Assembly: GCA_036676395.1 (NCBI GenBank)
Contig: JAKFCY010000002.1
Span: 1,536,001 to 1,600,000, forward strand
Direction: 5' to 3'
Origin: Bdellovibrio sp.
GTDB taxonomy: Bacteria; Bdellovibrionota; Bdellovibrionia; Bdellovibrionales; Bdellovibrionaceae
Length of the DNA stretch: 64,000 nt
Part shown: positions 21,916 through 32,283 of the stretch, in pieces
Layout: each line of letters begins with the position of its first letter
Numbering within the stretch: the first letter of the stretch is position 1
Notes under the pieces: model-generated
Told to the model about the DNA's origin: nothing
What the model saw: only the letters and a program-made list of their open reading frames with translations
Databases searched by the model: none
Position numbers and translations under genes: made by a program

Positions 21916-23502
21916 TTAAAATTTATCAAATTTAGATTTAAATGCTGATGGCCATGAATCGATGATTTCAACCGTCTCGTAATACGATTGTGTAAATAAC
22001 TTACCCTGCAAATCTTTTAACAAAAGTTGTTTATGTTGTGGCAGTTTTAAAATTTTCTTTTGAAACGCAGTATAGACTTTTTCGCCCATAATACCACCCA
22101 AAATATTTGCTGCAGTGACGTGGCTTTTTTTATTTCTTAGACTTGATTTTTTCTTATTTAAAAACGACAAATCCTGAAATGTCGCAAAACGCACTTCATT
22201 TAATTTCTGCTCTAGAGCCAACACTAATGCCTCTTTACCTTTATCAGAAAACTGCTCTGATCGTAAGGCCGTTCGTATATCATCAAAGGTGTCTGTTTTT
22301 TTCTTAGGATTAATAATCTTAGTTAAAAAATAGGTCAGCATTTCAAGCCAGATATTTTTTAAAAAATCTTTTTTACCGTCGATGATAGATTTTTTATAAA
22401 CACCCAATTTGTACAGAACAAAAAGAGCCGCTACTTTTGAAATCTGATTTAATGAAGGGCGCGCTACAAACCCCATTTGCTGTTCTGGGCAATAAAAAGA
22501 CTGGCCCGACAAGAGTAGTTCTTTATAATAAGCGCGTTCTAGCGCAGGAAGTTTTTGAATTTTATTAAATAAAACTTCGTCATTAACTGAATACACACTC
22601 AAATCATCCACTTTAATATGAATATTCAACATTTTATTTAAAACTTCTACCGCTTGTGAAACGTGATCAGTTAAGTCGTAATCATCAACTTTTATTTTTT
22701 TATCGTGTCCGGTTTCAAGATAGAGTAAATAATCCTGCCATTTTACCCACGGCAATACTGACATCAAGGCCCAGCGGTTGGCTGATAATTTAACAAAATC
22801 AGCGCCGGATGGATCTTTATGTTTTTTTAATAATTTAAAGTACAGATTTTCAGGGCTTTGAAGCAAAACCACTTCTGAAAGTTTACGATTAACTTTACGC
22901 ACTTCTTGCGGAAGATGTTTGCTTGCTAAATGAAAATCACCAAACTGCACTAATATTTTGCGTGTAGGATTAGCTTTAATCGCCGTATTGATTACTCCGG
23001 CAGTAAAACGGTCCTGGTCTGCAAACTTTCGTTTAGTCATCGAATTTAGGGCTATGATCGGCACTTTATTTTGACTGGCCCATTTCATTAAAGGACGCGT
23101 GAACTCCCACGGGAATCCCCAAGTCTTCTTCCATTCGATTTTTTTTAAAAATTCACGCTCGTTCAGATGACCAGACAAATAGGCATTCAAAACTTTTTGA
23201 TGTTCTAAAAAAAAACACTCTAAGCCTAAGCACACATTTTGAGCGCCTAGCTTGCGTGCGATTCTAAGAACGGCTCTGGTTGACTGGGCCTGGGCATGAA
23301 AATCGCCAATATATACAATTTGGCTTTTATCCATTTGTTTAAACAGCTCTTGCTTACGCCCGATTTCCCATTGCGAGCGATTGAGCTCTTGTTCGTACTC
23401 TTGCTGGTATTTTTGAATTGAGCGCGTTTGATTCCCGATTAAATCTTCAACCTTGCTGCGAATTCTCATGTAGTAGTCGTACTTAACTTTAACCAGAGGC
23501 AT
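21916..23502 (-). CDS. ChaN/Tiki-like domain protein with helical C-terminal extension
   Basis: YIGDFH, LGLECF, WGFPW..RPL..A...VPIIALN, FGDFHL; no signal peptide; start may be 23469. Confidence 0.6.
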   Translation of the reverse strand: MPLVKVKYDYYMRIRSKVEDLIGNQTRSIQKYQQEYEQELNRSQWEIGRKQELFKQMDKSQIVYIGDFHAQAQSTRAVLRIARKLGAQNVCLGLECFFLEHQKVLNAYLSGHLNEREFLKKIEWKKTWGFPWEFTRPLMKWASQNKVPIIALNSMTKRKFADQDRFTAGVINTAIKANPTRKILVQFGDFHLASKHLPQEVRKVNRKLSEVVLLQSPENLYFKLLKKHKDPSGADFVKLSANRWALMSVLPWVKWQDYLLYLETGHDKKIKVDDYDLTDHVSQAVEVLNKMLNIHIKVDDLSVYSVNDEVLFNKIQKLPALERAYYKELLLSGQSFYCPEQQMGFVARPSLNQISKVAALFVLYKLGVYKKSIIDGKKDFLKNIWLEMLTYFLTKIINPKKKTDTFDDIRTALRSEQFSDKGKEALVLALEQKLNEVRFATFQDLSFLNKKKSSLRNKKSHVTAANILGGIMGEKVYTAFQKKILKLPQHKQLLLKDLQGKLFTQSYYETVEIIDSWPSAFKSKFDKF

Positions 23503-23583
23503 TGCACTATGTTAATAAATGATTGCTTGATTTCAACCTTTAATCGTCAAAAGATAATATTTAATTCTTAAGGAACCTGACAT

Positions 23584-24750
23584 ATGAGTAAAAAATTAAA
23601 CTTTCTGCTTTTGAGTTTCATCGCATCCGCTGGCGTTTATGCCTACCTTTCATACCATCATTACATGGTTAAACTAGGTCTTGGTGGCACAAGCCTTTGC
23701 CAGGTCAGTGACACGATCAACTGTGACGTGGCAGCCCTTAGCCAGTACGCCGAAATCCTCAACATCCCTATCGCTGTCATTGGACTGAGTTATTCAATTA
23801 TTATGTTAGGCGTTTTTCTTTTTGCCAAATTTGGTTGGTTTGAAGAAAGCGAAGGCTACCAAACTATCGTGAAGAGCTTAACTGCATTTTCAGCGTTTAT
23901 TTCTTTAGTTTTACTGGGCATTTCAATTGTGCAACTTAAAGTGTTCTGCCCGTTCTGTATTGCTGGTTATGTTCTTTCTTTTGTAATAGTTTTTCTAACT
24001 TGGTCGCTTTATTCTGATACTAAATTTAGTTTAAATTTTTCTGCATTGTCTGACGAAAAAGGAATCTTAGGAACACTATTAGCCGTGCCACTGTTGGCTT
24101 GGTTTATTTCAGGCTCAGTGCGCGACAATTACGGTTTAGATCAAATGCAAAAAATCGTTCCCGAAAAAATTTTTCAATGGCAAAAATCTCCGGTCGTCAC
24201 ATTTGATGATACTGTTGGTTTAATTAAAGGCAGCACCGAAGCCACAGCTCCAGTACTTGTTGAATTTGCTGACTTTAAATGCCCACACTGTAAATCTGCC
24301 GCTAATACGATCAAAAATTACTTATCCGGCAATAAAAATGTGAAAATGGTTTTTAAACCCTACCCGCTTGATGGCGTTTGTAATCCGCATATGCCGCAAA
24401 AAGGTGATGGCTCACGTTGTGAATTAGCAGGCTGGGCATTATGTGGCGAAAAATTATTTTCAAAAGGCTGGGATGTTCATTACTGGATTTTTGATCACCA
24501 AGAAGCCATGATGCATGATTCAGACTTATCTTCACATTTAACATCAATGGGTAAAGATCTGGGCATTGATACTGCACAACTTAAAACTTGTGCTACCTCT
24601 GCCGAGACTTACGATATCATCAAAAAAAGTGCTGCTGAGGGTGAAGCTGCTAAAATTACTGGAACACCGGCGATTTTTGTTAATGGCAAAAAACTGGAAT
24701 ACGGCCAATTTATTGACGTACTTCGTGGTGCTATTCAAACTTTGAAATAA
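23584..24750 (+). CDS. VKOR-DsbA/thioredoxin fusion (disulfide bond formation)
   Basis: VKOR loop cysteines (CQVSDTINC) and CPFC in TM part; DFKCPHC and GTP cis-Pro in thioredoxin domain. Confidence 0.9.
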   Translation: MSKKLNFLLLSFIASAGVYAYLSYHHYMVKLGLGGTSLCQVSDTINCDVAALSQYAEILNIPIAVIGLSYSIIMLGVFLFAKFGWFEESEGYQTIVKSLTAFSAFISLVLLGISIVQLKVFCPFCIAGYVLSFVIVFLTWSLYSDTKFSLNFSALSDEKGILGTLLAVPLLAWFISGSVRDNYGLDQMQKIVPEKIFQWQKSPVVTFDDTVGLIKGSTEATAPVLVEFADFKCPHCKSAANTIKNYLSGNKNVKMVFKPYPLDGVCNPHMPQKGDGSRCELAGWALCGEKLFSKGWDVHYWIFDHQEAMMHDSDLSSHLTSMGKDLGIDTAQLKTCATSAETYDIIKKSAAEGEAAKITGTPAIFVNGKKLEYGQFIDVLRGAIQTLK

Positions 24751-24753
24751 TAA

Positions 24754-25305
24754 TTATTCGAGATTAAAAAATTTAAATACGACTTCTAAGGCCTGGTTCA
24801 GATAGTCATCAAATACGATGAAAAAAGTTGCGCCAAGTCCTTCGAAGATTTCAATCACTACGGCTGAAATCACAACGACTACTGTTGAAAACCAAACTGC
24901 TTTAACTAACATTGTTGTCGATTTAATATCTGATAGGCGTAATTCTTCCTGACAAGTTTCAACCTTGCGCATGACTGATTTCAGCTCTTGAAAATGATCG
25001 CGGTATCTTTCGCGCAATTCATTTTGTTTTGATTTTGTAAGTAAACTCATTCCCGGAAAATTTCTTTTCGTACGAATGGCAAAAATCAAATCGATCGCAT
25101 GATTTACATAGCGGTCAATACGCTCTTTAAAATTCGGGTAATCAGAATCGCGTTCTAAAAAGTCTTTTAAATAGTTGATGGCACGGTCATATTCTTCGTT
25201 CACTACAAACGTTAAAACGTTGTAACGAACTGTATCCGGCACGCCGAGATCACTGATATCCAGGTCATTGACGGCTCGCTTATCTTTAAATGACATTGCA
25301 CCCAT
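24754..25305 (-). CDS. Hypothetical protein with C-terminal TM segment
   Basis: Helical soluble domain followed by hydrophobic segment; ATG at 25305. Confidence 0.65.
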   Translation of the reverse strand: MGAMSFKDKRAVNDLDISDLGVPDTVRYNVLTFVVNEEYDRAINYLKDFLERDSDYPNFKERIDRYVNHAIDLIFAIRTKRNFPGMSLLTKSKQNELRERYRDHFQELKSVMRKVETCQEELRLSDIKSTTMLVKAVWFSTVVVVISAVVIEIFEGLGATFFIVFDDYLNQALEVVFKFFNLE

Positions 25306-25312
25306 AAGCCTT

Positions 25313-25339
25313 ATATCGGCCTTTGACAGGCAAAACTGG
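25313..25339 (-). promoter_or_regulatory. Sigma28 (FliA)-like promoter
   Basis: CCAG-N15-GCCGATAT; ATG 7 nt downstream. Confidence 0.5.
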
Positions 25340-25447
25340 AGCAAAATCTCGGGATTTAAGTCTAGTTTTATGGGTTAAAGGCCTGAACCTATTTCGGGTC
25401 GAGGTCTGGCTATGTGATAATTAAGACTGTTACTTCAGGAGGAAGTT

Positions 25448-26470
25448 ATGGATTTTGAACTTAAGCATTTAGAAATGGTTCAAGGTGATACTCAATCCGC
25501 ACGTGCACAGGATGTGACTCGTTCGATTGGCTCTTCACAAGTTTTAGAAGACTTAACCGGTCAAATCGAAGAACTTCAGAGTAAAATTAAAGTCAGCTAC
25601 CGTAAATTATTACTTTACGAAACTGAAAATCAAAAATTAATTCAGGAAAAAAATTCTTTCTTTTTCGAGAATAAAGTTTTCGCTGAACATAATTCTATTT
25701 TAATAGAAAAGAATAAAGTTTTACAAAGCACGCACGATGAAATGGCCACGTCGATCGAGAAAAAAACTCTTAAAATCGAAATCGCTGAAAAACTAATTGA
25801 AGCGCAAAAAACTGACTTAGGCCGCCTTTCTAAGTTTCATGAAAAGGTTAAGAACATCATCAAGCCGTTTGTTGAAAATTTAAAACAACAGATCACGGTT
25901 TTGACAGCTGAAAATGCGCAAAAAACACGCCTTATCACTCAGTTAGAAACTTACCAGGCTGAATTACAATTAAACATCACAGTCCAAGCTCAAACTATCG
26001 AGACAAATTCGAATCGCTATGCGCACGAGAAAAAAGCTTTGATTCAAAGCTACGAAGAACAAATTCACTTTTTATCAAAAGAGATCGTTGAACAGCAACA
26101 AAGAACACTTGATGCTAATAACGAGAACTTACGACTAAAAAAACAAGTTGAAACAAAACATTTCGTAGAAAATGAACTTGTTAAGTACAAACGTGTACAA
26201 GACGAAAATATCCAAACTGTGAACGCATTACGCTTAAAAGAAAATGAATTAAGCCGTCAATTAACAGAGAGTCATGTTTCAGAATCTAATCATAAAAACC
26301 AAATGATTAGCATGACTGGCGAAATGGAACGTCAGCGCGAATTGCTTGACGCCACTAGAAAACAATTAAGTCACAAAATCACAGAAGTTGAAGATTTAAC
26401 ATTGCGACTTAAAATGTTAGAAAAGTTAAACTCTAATCTTTCTTTAAATTTAAAAGATCATCAGACTTAA
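25448..26470 (+). CDS. Long coiled-coil protein
   Basis: 340 aa E/K/Q/L heptad-rich; AGGAGG RBS. Confidence 0.7.
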   Translation: MDFELKHLEMVQGDTQSARAQDVTRSIGSSQVLEDLTGQIEELQSKIKVSYRKLLLYETENQKLIQEKNSFFFENKVFAEHNSILIEKNKVLQSTHDEMATSIEKKTLKIEIAEKLIEAQKTDLGRLSKFHEKVKNIIKPFVENLKQQITVLTAENAQKTRLITQLETYQAELQLNITVQAQTIETNSNRYAHEKKALIQSYEEQIHFLSKEIVEQQQRTLDANNENLRLKKQVETKHFVENELVKYKRVQDENIQTVNALRLKENELSRQLTESHVSESNHKNQMISMTGEMERQRELLDATRKQLSHKITEVEDLTLRLKMLEKLNSNLSLNLKDHQT

Positions 26471-26771
26471 TAGCGTCTGATAGAGTCGAATAGGTCTTCA
26501 TATTCATGCCTTTAAGCTCTAAAAGGCGATAGAAGTCATGCTGAAGGCCTACAATTTTAGCTTCTGGAATCACATTAATTGATTCAAAAAACGTGGTAAT
26601 ATTGGCCGATGCCGTGAAGTTTAACCCATCAAGGCAAAAGACGACCTTACGGCCTTTAAGCTTTTGCTCACACACATCTCTAAATGGTTTATTTTGATCT
26701 GGCTCGATTCGGCCTTTTATTTCAACAACAGTAACAGTGCCTACTTCATAGAACTTTGCTTGCATATTCAC
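26433..26771 (-). CDS. STAS-domain protein (anti-sigma factor antagonist-like)
   Basis: VTVVEIKGRI, VVFCLDGLNFTAS, RLLELKG. Confidence 0.75.
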   Translation of the reverse strand: MNMQAKFYEVGTVTVVEIKGRIEPDQNKPFRDVCEQKLKGRKVVFCLDGLNFTASANITTFFESINVIPEAKIVGLQHDFYRLLELKGMNMKTYSTLSDAIKSDDLLNLKKD

Positions 26772-26865
26772 CCGCCTATTAGGCTTATCGTTTTTATTAG
26801 AAATAAGTGAATAGACCTCAGTCTTGAAGTGACAAATAATTATTCTCTTTTTAGACTTTTATTCA

Positions 26866-29277
26866 GTGAATTACACCTGGATCAGACTCCTATTATTAAT
26901 CGGATTAAGCTTTGTCACCAAAGCCTTGGCCCAGACAGGACCACCAACGTCTCAAAAAGCGGCCGTATCAGCACCTGTACAGGCCGATTCTCCTTCGCTA
27001 ATTTCATCTAAGATTTCTGGTTTTACTATTACGGCCGAAAATCTTTATCGCGATTTAGAAAAAGACATCATTCAAATTTCTGGCAGCGTACAAATCATTT
27101 ATCAAAATCAACATTTCAGCGCTGATTTTGTTGAAATCAATCTAAAGAAAAAACACGCCTACTTTCGCGGGCGCGTAAATATTCAAACTATTGAATACAA
27201 CGTCGGCGGCGACGAAGTTAGTCTTGATTATTACTCAAATCAGGCCTTGATCGTTAACGGCTATGTGCAATCTAATAACATTACCTTTAAAGGTAAACTG
27301 ATCGAACAACGTGGTCCGACGACGTTCTTTATTGCTGATGCAGATTTTACAACGTGCACCAACTGCCCTTCGACCTGGAGTTTTCAAGGCAGTCAGATTC
27401 GCGCCGAACTTGGCGGGTATGCGTTTTTAAAAAATACGTTTTTAAAAGTCAGTGATGTTCCTATTTTTTGGCTTCCGTACTTAGTGTTACCACTTAAGAA
27501 CGAACGTCAGTCAGGCTTTTTATTTCCAGAGTTTGGCTATATCCGCAATCGCGGTTTATTTTTCTCTGAAAGTTTTTTCTGGGCGATATCAAGATCGCAA
27601 GATTTAACCTTCACTTTGAAAAACTATGAACTGGGTGGATTAAAAGAACTTATTGAGTACCGCTATGCTTTGAGTGATTTTAGCGGTGGCCAGTTAAATG
27701 TGGCGCACTTCAATGACACCGTATTTTCTGCTGACTATGCAAAAACCGGACAAATTAACGAGGGCACTACTTTTCGGCGTTGGGCGATTCAAGGCTATTC
27801 ACAACAAGAAATTAACGATGTTGCTCAGGTTCGGGTAAAAATTAACCAAATCAGCGATCTTCAGTACCCTAAAGATTTTTATGAAGAATTTAAAACTTAT
27901 GCCGAAGGTGGTTTAGAAAATAGATTAAATATTTCTGCTCATAGTCATCATGCCCTAGGTCAGTTCGATTCGATCTATTATAAACATTTACTTGAAAGCG
28001 ATCCACTTCAGTCAAACTCTTCGGCGGTTCATGCGCTACCCGAATTAAAATTTGACATCACAACGACTCAAATTGCTGACTCGCCCATTTATTTTAAATT
28101 AAATGCCCAATACGATAATTTCTATCGCAAAAACAAGTGGGATGATATTTCTACTTTAGATAGCCAAAAATATGTTACCAATATTGCGAACAATCCGGCC
28201 TGCGCCCACAATGCAAGCACAGGCTGCATATCAGTTTACGATGGCACTTTTAATCAAGGCAACGACATCCTGCGCACTGGCCAGCGCGCATTCTACAAAG
28301 CTTCATTACTTACACAAAGTTTTACCCCAGTAGATTATTTAAATATTTCGCCCGAAGTTTCTTACAACGAAGCTCATTATTTTTTCTCAGAAGGCGATGA
28401 CCGGTATAATTCACGTCGTTATGCCCAAATTGATATTAATTCACGCAGCCGGATGTACCGAATTTACGAATCCGACAATCAAGACACTAAATATAAGCAT
28501 GAGTTAATTCCTGAACTTTCATACACTTATATTCCTTTTGTTGACCAAGATGCCCATCCATTTTTCGGAAACATTGAAAACGGCGAATATTCTTTTTCAT
28601 CACGCAATAACTTGGCCGACTCTGATTTAAATACGCCTTATGGTTTGCAATACGACTATTATGACCGCATTTATGATCGACACTTGGTGACACTGACCTT
28701 TTTAAACCGTGTCATAAAAAAACGTATGTCTGACAAATCTTATAAGAATATTTTAGATTTTCGTTTAGCACAGTCTTACGACCTCTACCAGATTCAAAAC
28801 AAATACAGTCAAAGCAACCAACCCTTGTCTGATTTATCAGGAACACTAAATTTAAATATTGATCAATTTACATTTGCAAACCAATTCAATTATTATCCGT
28901 ATTTGTCTGCAACCAATTCAACAACATCGCTTTCATATCTTAACGATCAACAACAGTATTTTAAAATCGGTTACAACTCAAACCGAGCGCAAGGTCCGCG
29001 CGTTGATGATGTGGTCTTAGCCTTAGGTTTTGTAACAAAATATATTAATGTCTTATCAGGCTTTATCGTCGACACAAGCGAAGATCGCAGCAGTGATTCA
29101 AGACTTAAAAAGTTTTCTTTAATTACCCAGTTAAAACCCCCGGGCGAATGTTGGGGAGTTAATTTTTACCGCGAACAACAAGTTGGTCTAGAAGCTGAGT
29201 GGCGCGTGCGTTTTGATTTTTCTTTCGACGGAAAACCACCAAAGATTATTCCGCCGGACGAGTTAAAAATTCAATAG
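26866..29277 (+). CDS. lptD: LPS-assembly protein LptD
   Basis: Signal peptide, OstA-like N-domain, FTTC..C, PIFWLPY, RQSGFLFP, large beta-barrel with C-terminal CW. Confidence 0.88.
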   Translation: MNYTWIRLLLLIGLSFVTKALAQTGPPTSQKAAVSAPVQADSPSLISSKISGFTITAENLYRDLEKDIIQISGSVQIIYQNQHFSADFVEINLKKKHAYFRGRVNIQTIEYNVGGDEVSLDYYSNQALIVNGYVQSNNITFKGKLIEQRGPTTFFIADADFTTCTNCPSTWSFQGSQIRAELGGYAFLKNTFLKVSDVPIFWLPYLVLPLKNERQSGFLFPEFGYIRNRGLFFSESFFWAISRSQDLTFTLKNYELGGLKELIEYRYALSDFSGGQLNVAHFNDTVFSADYAKTGQINEGTTFRRWAIQGYSQQEINDVAQVRVKINQISDLQYPKDFYEEFKTYAEGGLENRLNISAHSHHALGQFDSIYYKHLLESDPLQSNSSAVHALPELKFDITTTQIADSPIYFKLNAQYDNFYRKNKWDDISTLDSQKYVTNIANNPACAHNASTGCISVYDGTFNQGNDILRTGQRAFYKASLLTQSFTPVDYLNISPEVSYNEAHYFFSEGDDRYNSRRYAQIDINSRSRMYRIYESDNQDTKYKHELIPELSYTYIPFVDQDAHPFFGNIENGEYSFSSRNNLADSDLNTPYGLQYDYYDRIYDRHLVTLTFLNRVIKKRMSDKSYKNILDFRLAQSYDLYQIQNKYSQSNQPLSDLSGTLNLNIDQFTFANQFNYYPYLSATNSTTSLSYLNDQQQYFKIGYNSNRAQGPRVDDVVLALGFVTKYINVLSGFIVDTSEDRSSDSRLKKFSLITQLKPPGECWGVNFYREQQVGLEAEWRVRFDFSFDGKPPKIIPPDELKIQ

Positions 29278-29284
29278 TTTCAGG

Positions 29285-30694
29285 CTACTCACTTTTAATC
29301 AAAGTGCAGCCAAGGTTTTCACCACGATACTGAGCGATCGCTTTTTGACCAAACAAGCCACTACCAAATTGGGCTGTCACTGTTCCATCTTGGTTAACTT
29401 TAAGTTCAGGTAAAACTTTAGCAATGGCTTTAAGATCTTTTTTGCAAGCTGCTTCACTGCGCCCAACAACCAAGCGGCAAGAGCAGTATTCTTTAGCGCC
29501 ATACGCCCGCATTAAATGCGGAAAACTAGTTCCCAGCTCACTGTTTGTATCATCAGCCGACTGGTCAGCCCACGTTTTTGTAATTGCTGCTTTTTCTGCG
29601 AAAGTTTTAGAGTCTCCCACTGTTTCATAGCTGTAACCTTTAGCTAAAATAAATTTTTTGGTGGCCGCGTAAAAAGCCAAGCGATCAAAATCTTTTTCAT
29701 CCATCGCTAATTTTACCATCACTAAATTTTGTGACGGACTAGACATCACGATCTGACCTTGAAACCCATACATAATCACTGAATCTAAAGGTAAATCATT
29801 ATAAGCCGATGGCTGATTTCTGCCTTCTATCGGAAGATTTGTAATCGCTTGCATAGAGTAGGCTTTATTTTCAGGGTTTCCCTCTTGAACTTTTTTCTGA
29901 ACACCGTCGGCAACTTTATTCAAAAGTTCTATGTACCTAGCTGGAATAATTTGCTTTCCGTTCCAGACACCTTTGTTCATTACAAGTTGGCCCATTTTTA
30001 AAAAATCAGGCGCTGACATATAGATGTAAGCAGAACCTACAAAAGTGCCATTCATATCTTGTTCAAAGGTGGCATTGATTCCCAACGGTTTGAACAATTT
30101 TTCAAATGGATAATTATCATAAACTTCTTTGTTACCAATGGCGCTTTGTAAAATCCCTAACAAAATATTTGTGTCACCACTTGAATAATTAAAATACTCA
30201 CCCGGCCCACCTGTAGGGGAAAGCGGATTTCTTAGCATGTAATCCACATAACCTTTGGCATGGCCATCCAGATATAACATGTTTGTTAAATCTAAATTTA
30301 AAGGAAGTCCTTCAAAGGCTTCTTTATATTTAATTCCTGAAGACATACCCAGAACATCAATAATGCGCGCATTGTTCTGAAACGTAGGAAGATATTTTTT
30401 AACGGGATCATTAATTGAAAGTAATCCTTCGCCTTCAGCGATACCAATTAGAATTCCCGACATGGTTTTTGCGGTCGACCAAGAAAGATGTTTTGTTTTT
30501 GGTGTATATTCACGTGCGTAATATTCGTAAATAAGTTTTCCGTCTTTATAAATAATCACCGCATCGGTGTTGGCTTTTTTGGTGTCGCGAAGTGCGGCAG
30601 TTAACTCTTCTTCGGGTGCTGCTGCCTTAGATATCGACGCAATAAATATGGCACATAACAATATGGATACGATCTTTGAAAACCCGTTTTTCAT
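29285..30694 (-). CDS. Secreted serine hydrolase, beta-lactamase/class C-like (paralog 1)
   Basis: Signal peptide; SWSTAK (SxxK), FNYSSGDTN, GFQGQ. Confidence 0.88.
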   Translation of the reverse strand: MKNGFSKIVSILLCAIFIASISKAAAPEEELTAALRDTKKANTDAVIIYKDGKLIYEYYAREYTPKTKHLSWSTAKTMSGILIGIAEGEGLLSINDPVKKYLPTFQNNARIIDVLGMSSGIKYKEAFEGLPLNLDLTNMLYLDGHAKGYVDYMLRNPLSPTGGPGEYFNYSSGDTNILLGILQSAIGNKEVYDNYPFEKLFKPLGINATFEQDMNGTFVGSAYIYMSAPDFLKMGQLVMNKGVWNGKQIIPARYIELLNKVADGVQKKVQEGNPENKAYSMQAITNLPIEGRNQPSAYNDLPLDSVIMYGFQGQIVMSSPSQNLVMVKLAMDEKDFDRLAFYAATKKFILAKGYSYETVGDSKTFAEKAAITKTWADQSADDTNSELGTSFPHLMRAYGAKEYCSCRLVVGRSEAACKKDLKAIAKVLPELKVNQDGTVTAQFGSGLFGQKAIAQYRGENLGCTLIKSE

Positions 30695-30812
30695 AATGAA
30701 TACTCCCTGATATGAAAACGATCTCTTAATTAGAATGTTTGCACCAGTTATGTTGCATTCAGTCGACTTTATTCATAGCACTGCATAGATTTTCGGGGCA
30801 ATTCGCCAGCGA

Positions 30813-31226
30813 TTAGACAATTTCATCGAGCGAAATGAAGTGCAGCTTACCGTCACTGAGTACAAACACCACATAACCTTCAACTTTTATGTTACACACA
30901 CAGTTTCGACGTCGCTCTCCAAGTAAGACATACTTTAGCCGCTGGATTTGTTTTGTTCCTATCCGCTCAAATGCGCGCCAGTATTGATCCAGATACTTTA
31001 CTTCAAGGAGCACTCGCCGCTTTCCTTTTTCAACAACAAGATCAACTTCAACACCATCAAACTTAGTGCGTTCAGATGAAATGCTCCAGCCGTTTGATAG
31101 AAAATACTTTCGCACTACAGCTTCAGCGTCTGCTCCGCGCTGGTGAAATTTATCTGTTAGTTTAGAGGTGTTCTTTGACGCCGCCGAAGGTTTTTCGGTG
31201 GTGGATGGTTGGTTTAAAGTTTTCAA
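30813..31226 (-). CDS. yraN: YraN family PD-(D/E)xK nuclease-like protein (start uncertain)
   Basis: G..AE, EVDLVV, LLEVK; downstream of rnhB as is common. Confidence 0.7.
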   Translation of the reverse strand: MKTLNQPSTTEKPSAASKNTSKLTDKFHQRGADAEAVVRKYFLSNGWSISSERTKFDGVEVDLVVEKGKRRVLLEVKYLDQYWRAFERIGTKQIQRLKYVLLGERRRNCVCNIKVEGYVVFVLSDGKLHFISLDEIV

Positions 31227-31797
31227 TGGCTGTGCGGTGAATTTCGGTCGCGTAGCCTTTGTGTTTTTCAAATCCATATACAGGGAATTCCTTTGCAAGC
31301 TCTGCCATTAACTGATCACGCGCCACTTTGGCGATGATAGAAGCTGCAGAGATGCAACGCATGTGCTGATCCCCTTTGATAATAGGTAACTGTTTGTAGT
31401 CTTTAAGATCCGAAACACGGTCACGTCCGTCGATCAGAAGTGTTCCGTTCTTGATATTTAACTGATCTTTTAGTTTTTCTTCTAAAGAGCGAACAGCTCT
31501 TGTCATCGCCAGATAAGTGGCTTGCAGAATATTGATCTCATCAACTTCTTCAACTGAAGCCCAGCCCAGAGCCCAATGGTGATTGGCGCGAATTTCTAAA
31601 GCTAAGGCTTCACGTTTTTCTTCTGACAGGGTTTTTGAATCAAGAAAATGTTTTACAGGGAATTGATCATTTAAAATGACAACGCCGGCACACACTGGGC
31701 CGGCGAGGCATCCACGCCCTACTTCATCGATACCGATAAATGGGGTTGGAAGATCTTTTAACGTCTTACGGTTAAAAGTATTATTTTTTTGAATCAT
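31162..31797 (-). CDS. rnhB: Ribonuclease HII
   Basis: [44 protein letters not shown]. Confidence 0.97.
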   Translation of the reverse strand: MIQKNNTFNRKTLKDLPTPFIGIDEVGRGCLAGPVCAGVVILNDQFPVKHFLDSKTLSEEKREALALEIRANHHWALGWASVEEVDEINILQATYLAMTRAVRSLEEKLKDQLNIKNGTLLIDGRDRVSDLKDYKQLPIIKGDQHMRCISAASIIAKVARDQLMAELAKEFPVYGFEKHKGYATEIHRTAIENFKPTIHHRKTFGGVKEHL

Positions 31798-32224
31798 TAG
31801 ATGAAGTAGCTACTAATTCAGACTCGATACGAGCTGCTTTACCATCTAAATCACGTAAGTAATAAAGTTTAGCGCGACGTACTTTACCGTGAGCAACTAA
31901 TTCAACTGAATCAATAGCTGGAGAGTTGAACGGGAAAGTTCTTTCAACGCCTACACCCGCAGAAATTTTACGAACTGTAAAAGATTTGTGAGCGTGACCT
32001 TGAATTTTAGTCACAACGCCTTTGTATAACTGAACGCGTTCTTTTTCACCTTCGATAATTTTAACGTATACGTTAACAGTATCACCTGGAGCAAAAGTTG
32101 CGATTTTTGCATTTTTAGTCGATTTTTGAGTCATGCGCTTAACGAAATTAGTTTCAGTTCCTTTTGCTGGAGCTGCTTTTTTCATTTTTTTAGAAGTCGC
32201 TTTTTTTGCTGCTGCTTTTGCCAT
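31781..32224 (-). CDS. rplS: 50S ribosomal protein L19 (Lys/Ala-rich N-extension)
   Basis: [41 protein letters not shown]. Confidence 0.97.
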   Translation of the reverse strand: MAKAAAKKATSKKMKKAAPAKGTETNFVKRMTQKSTKNAKIATFAPGDTVNVYVKIIEGEKERVQLYKGVVTKIQGHAHKSFTVRKISAGVGVERTFPFNSPAIDSVELVAHGKVRRAKLYYLRDLDGKAARIESELVATSSNDSKK

Positions 32225-32283
32225 AAATAGTCCTTATTCATTTGGACCTCAGGTCCAATTATCTTTCAAAAAGAAGTATTGTG

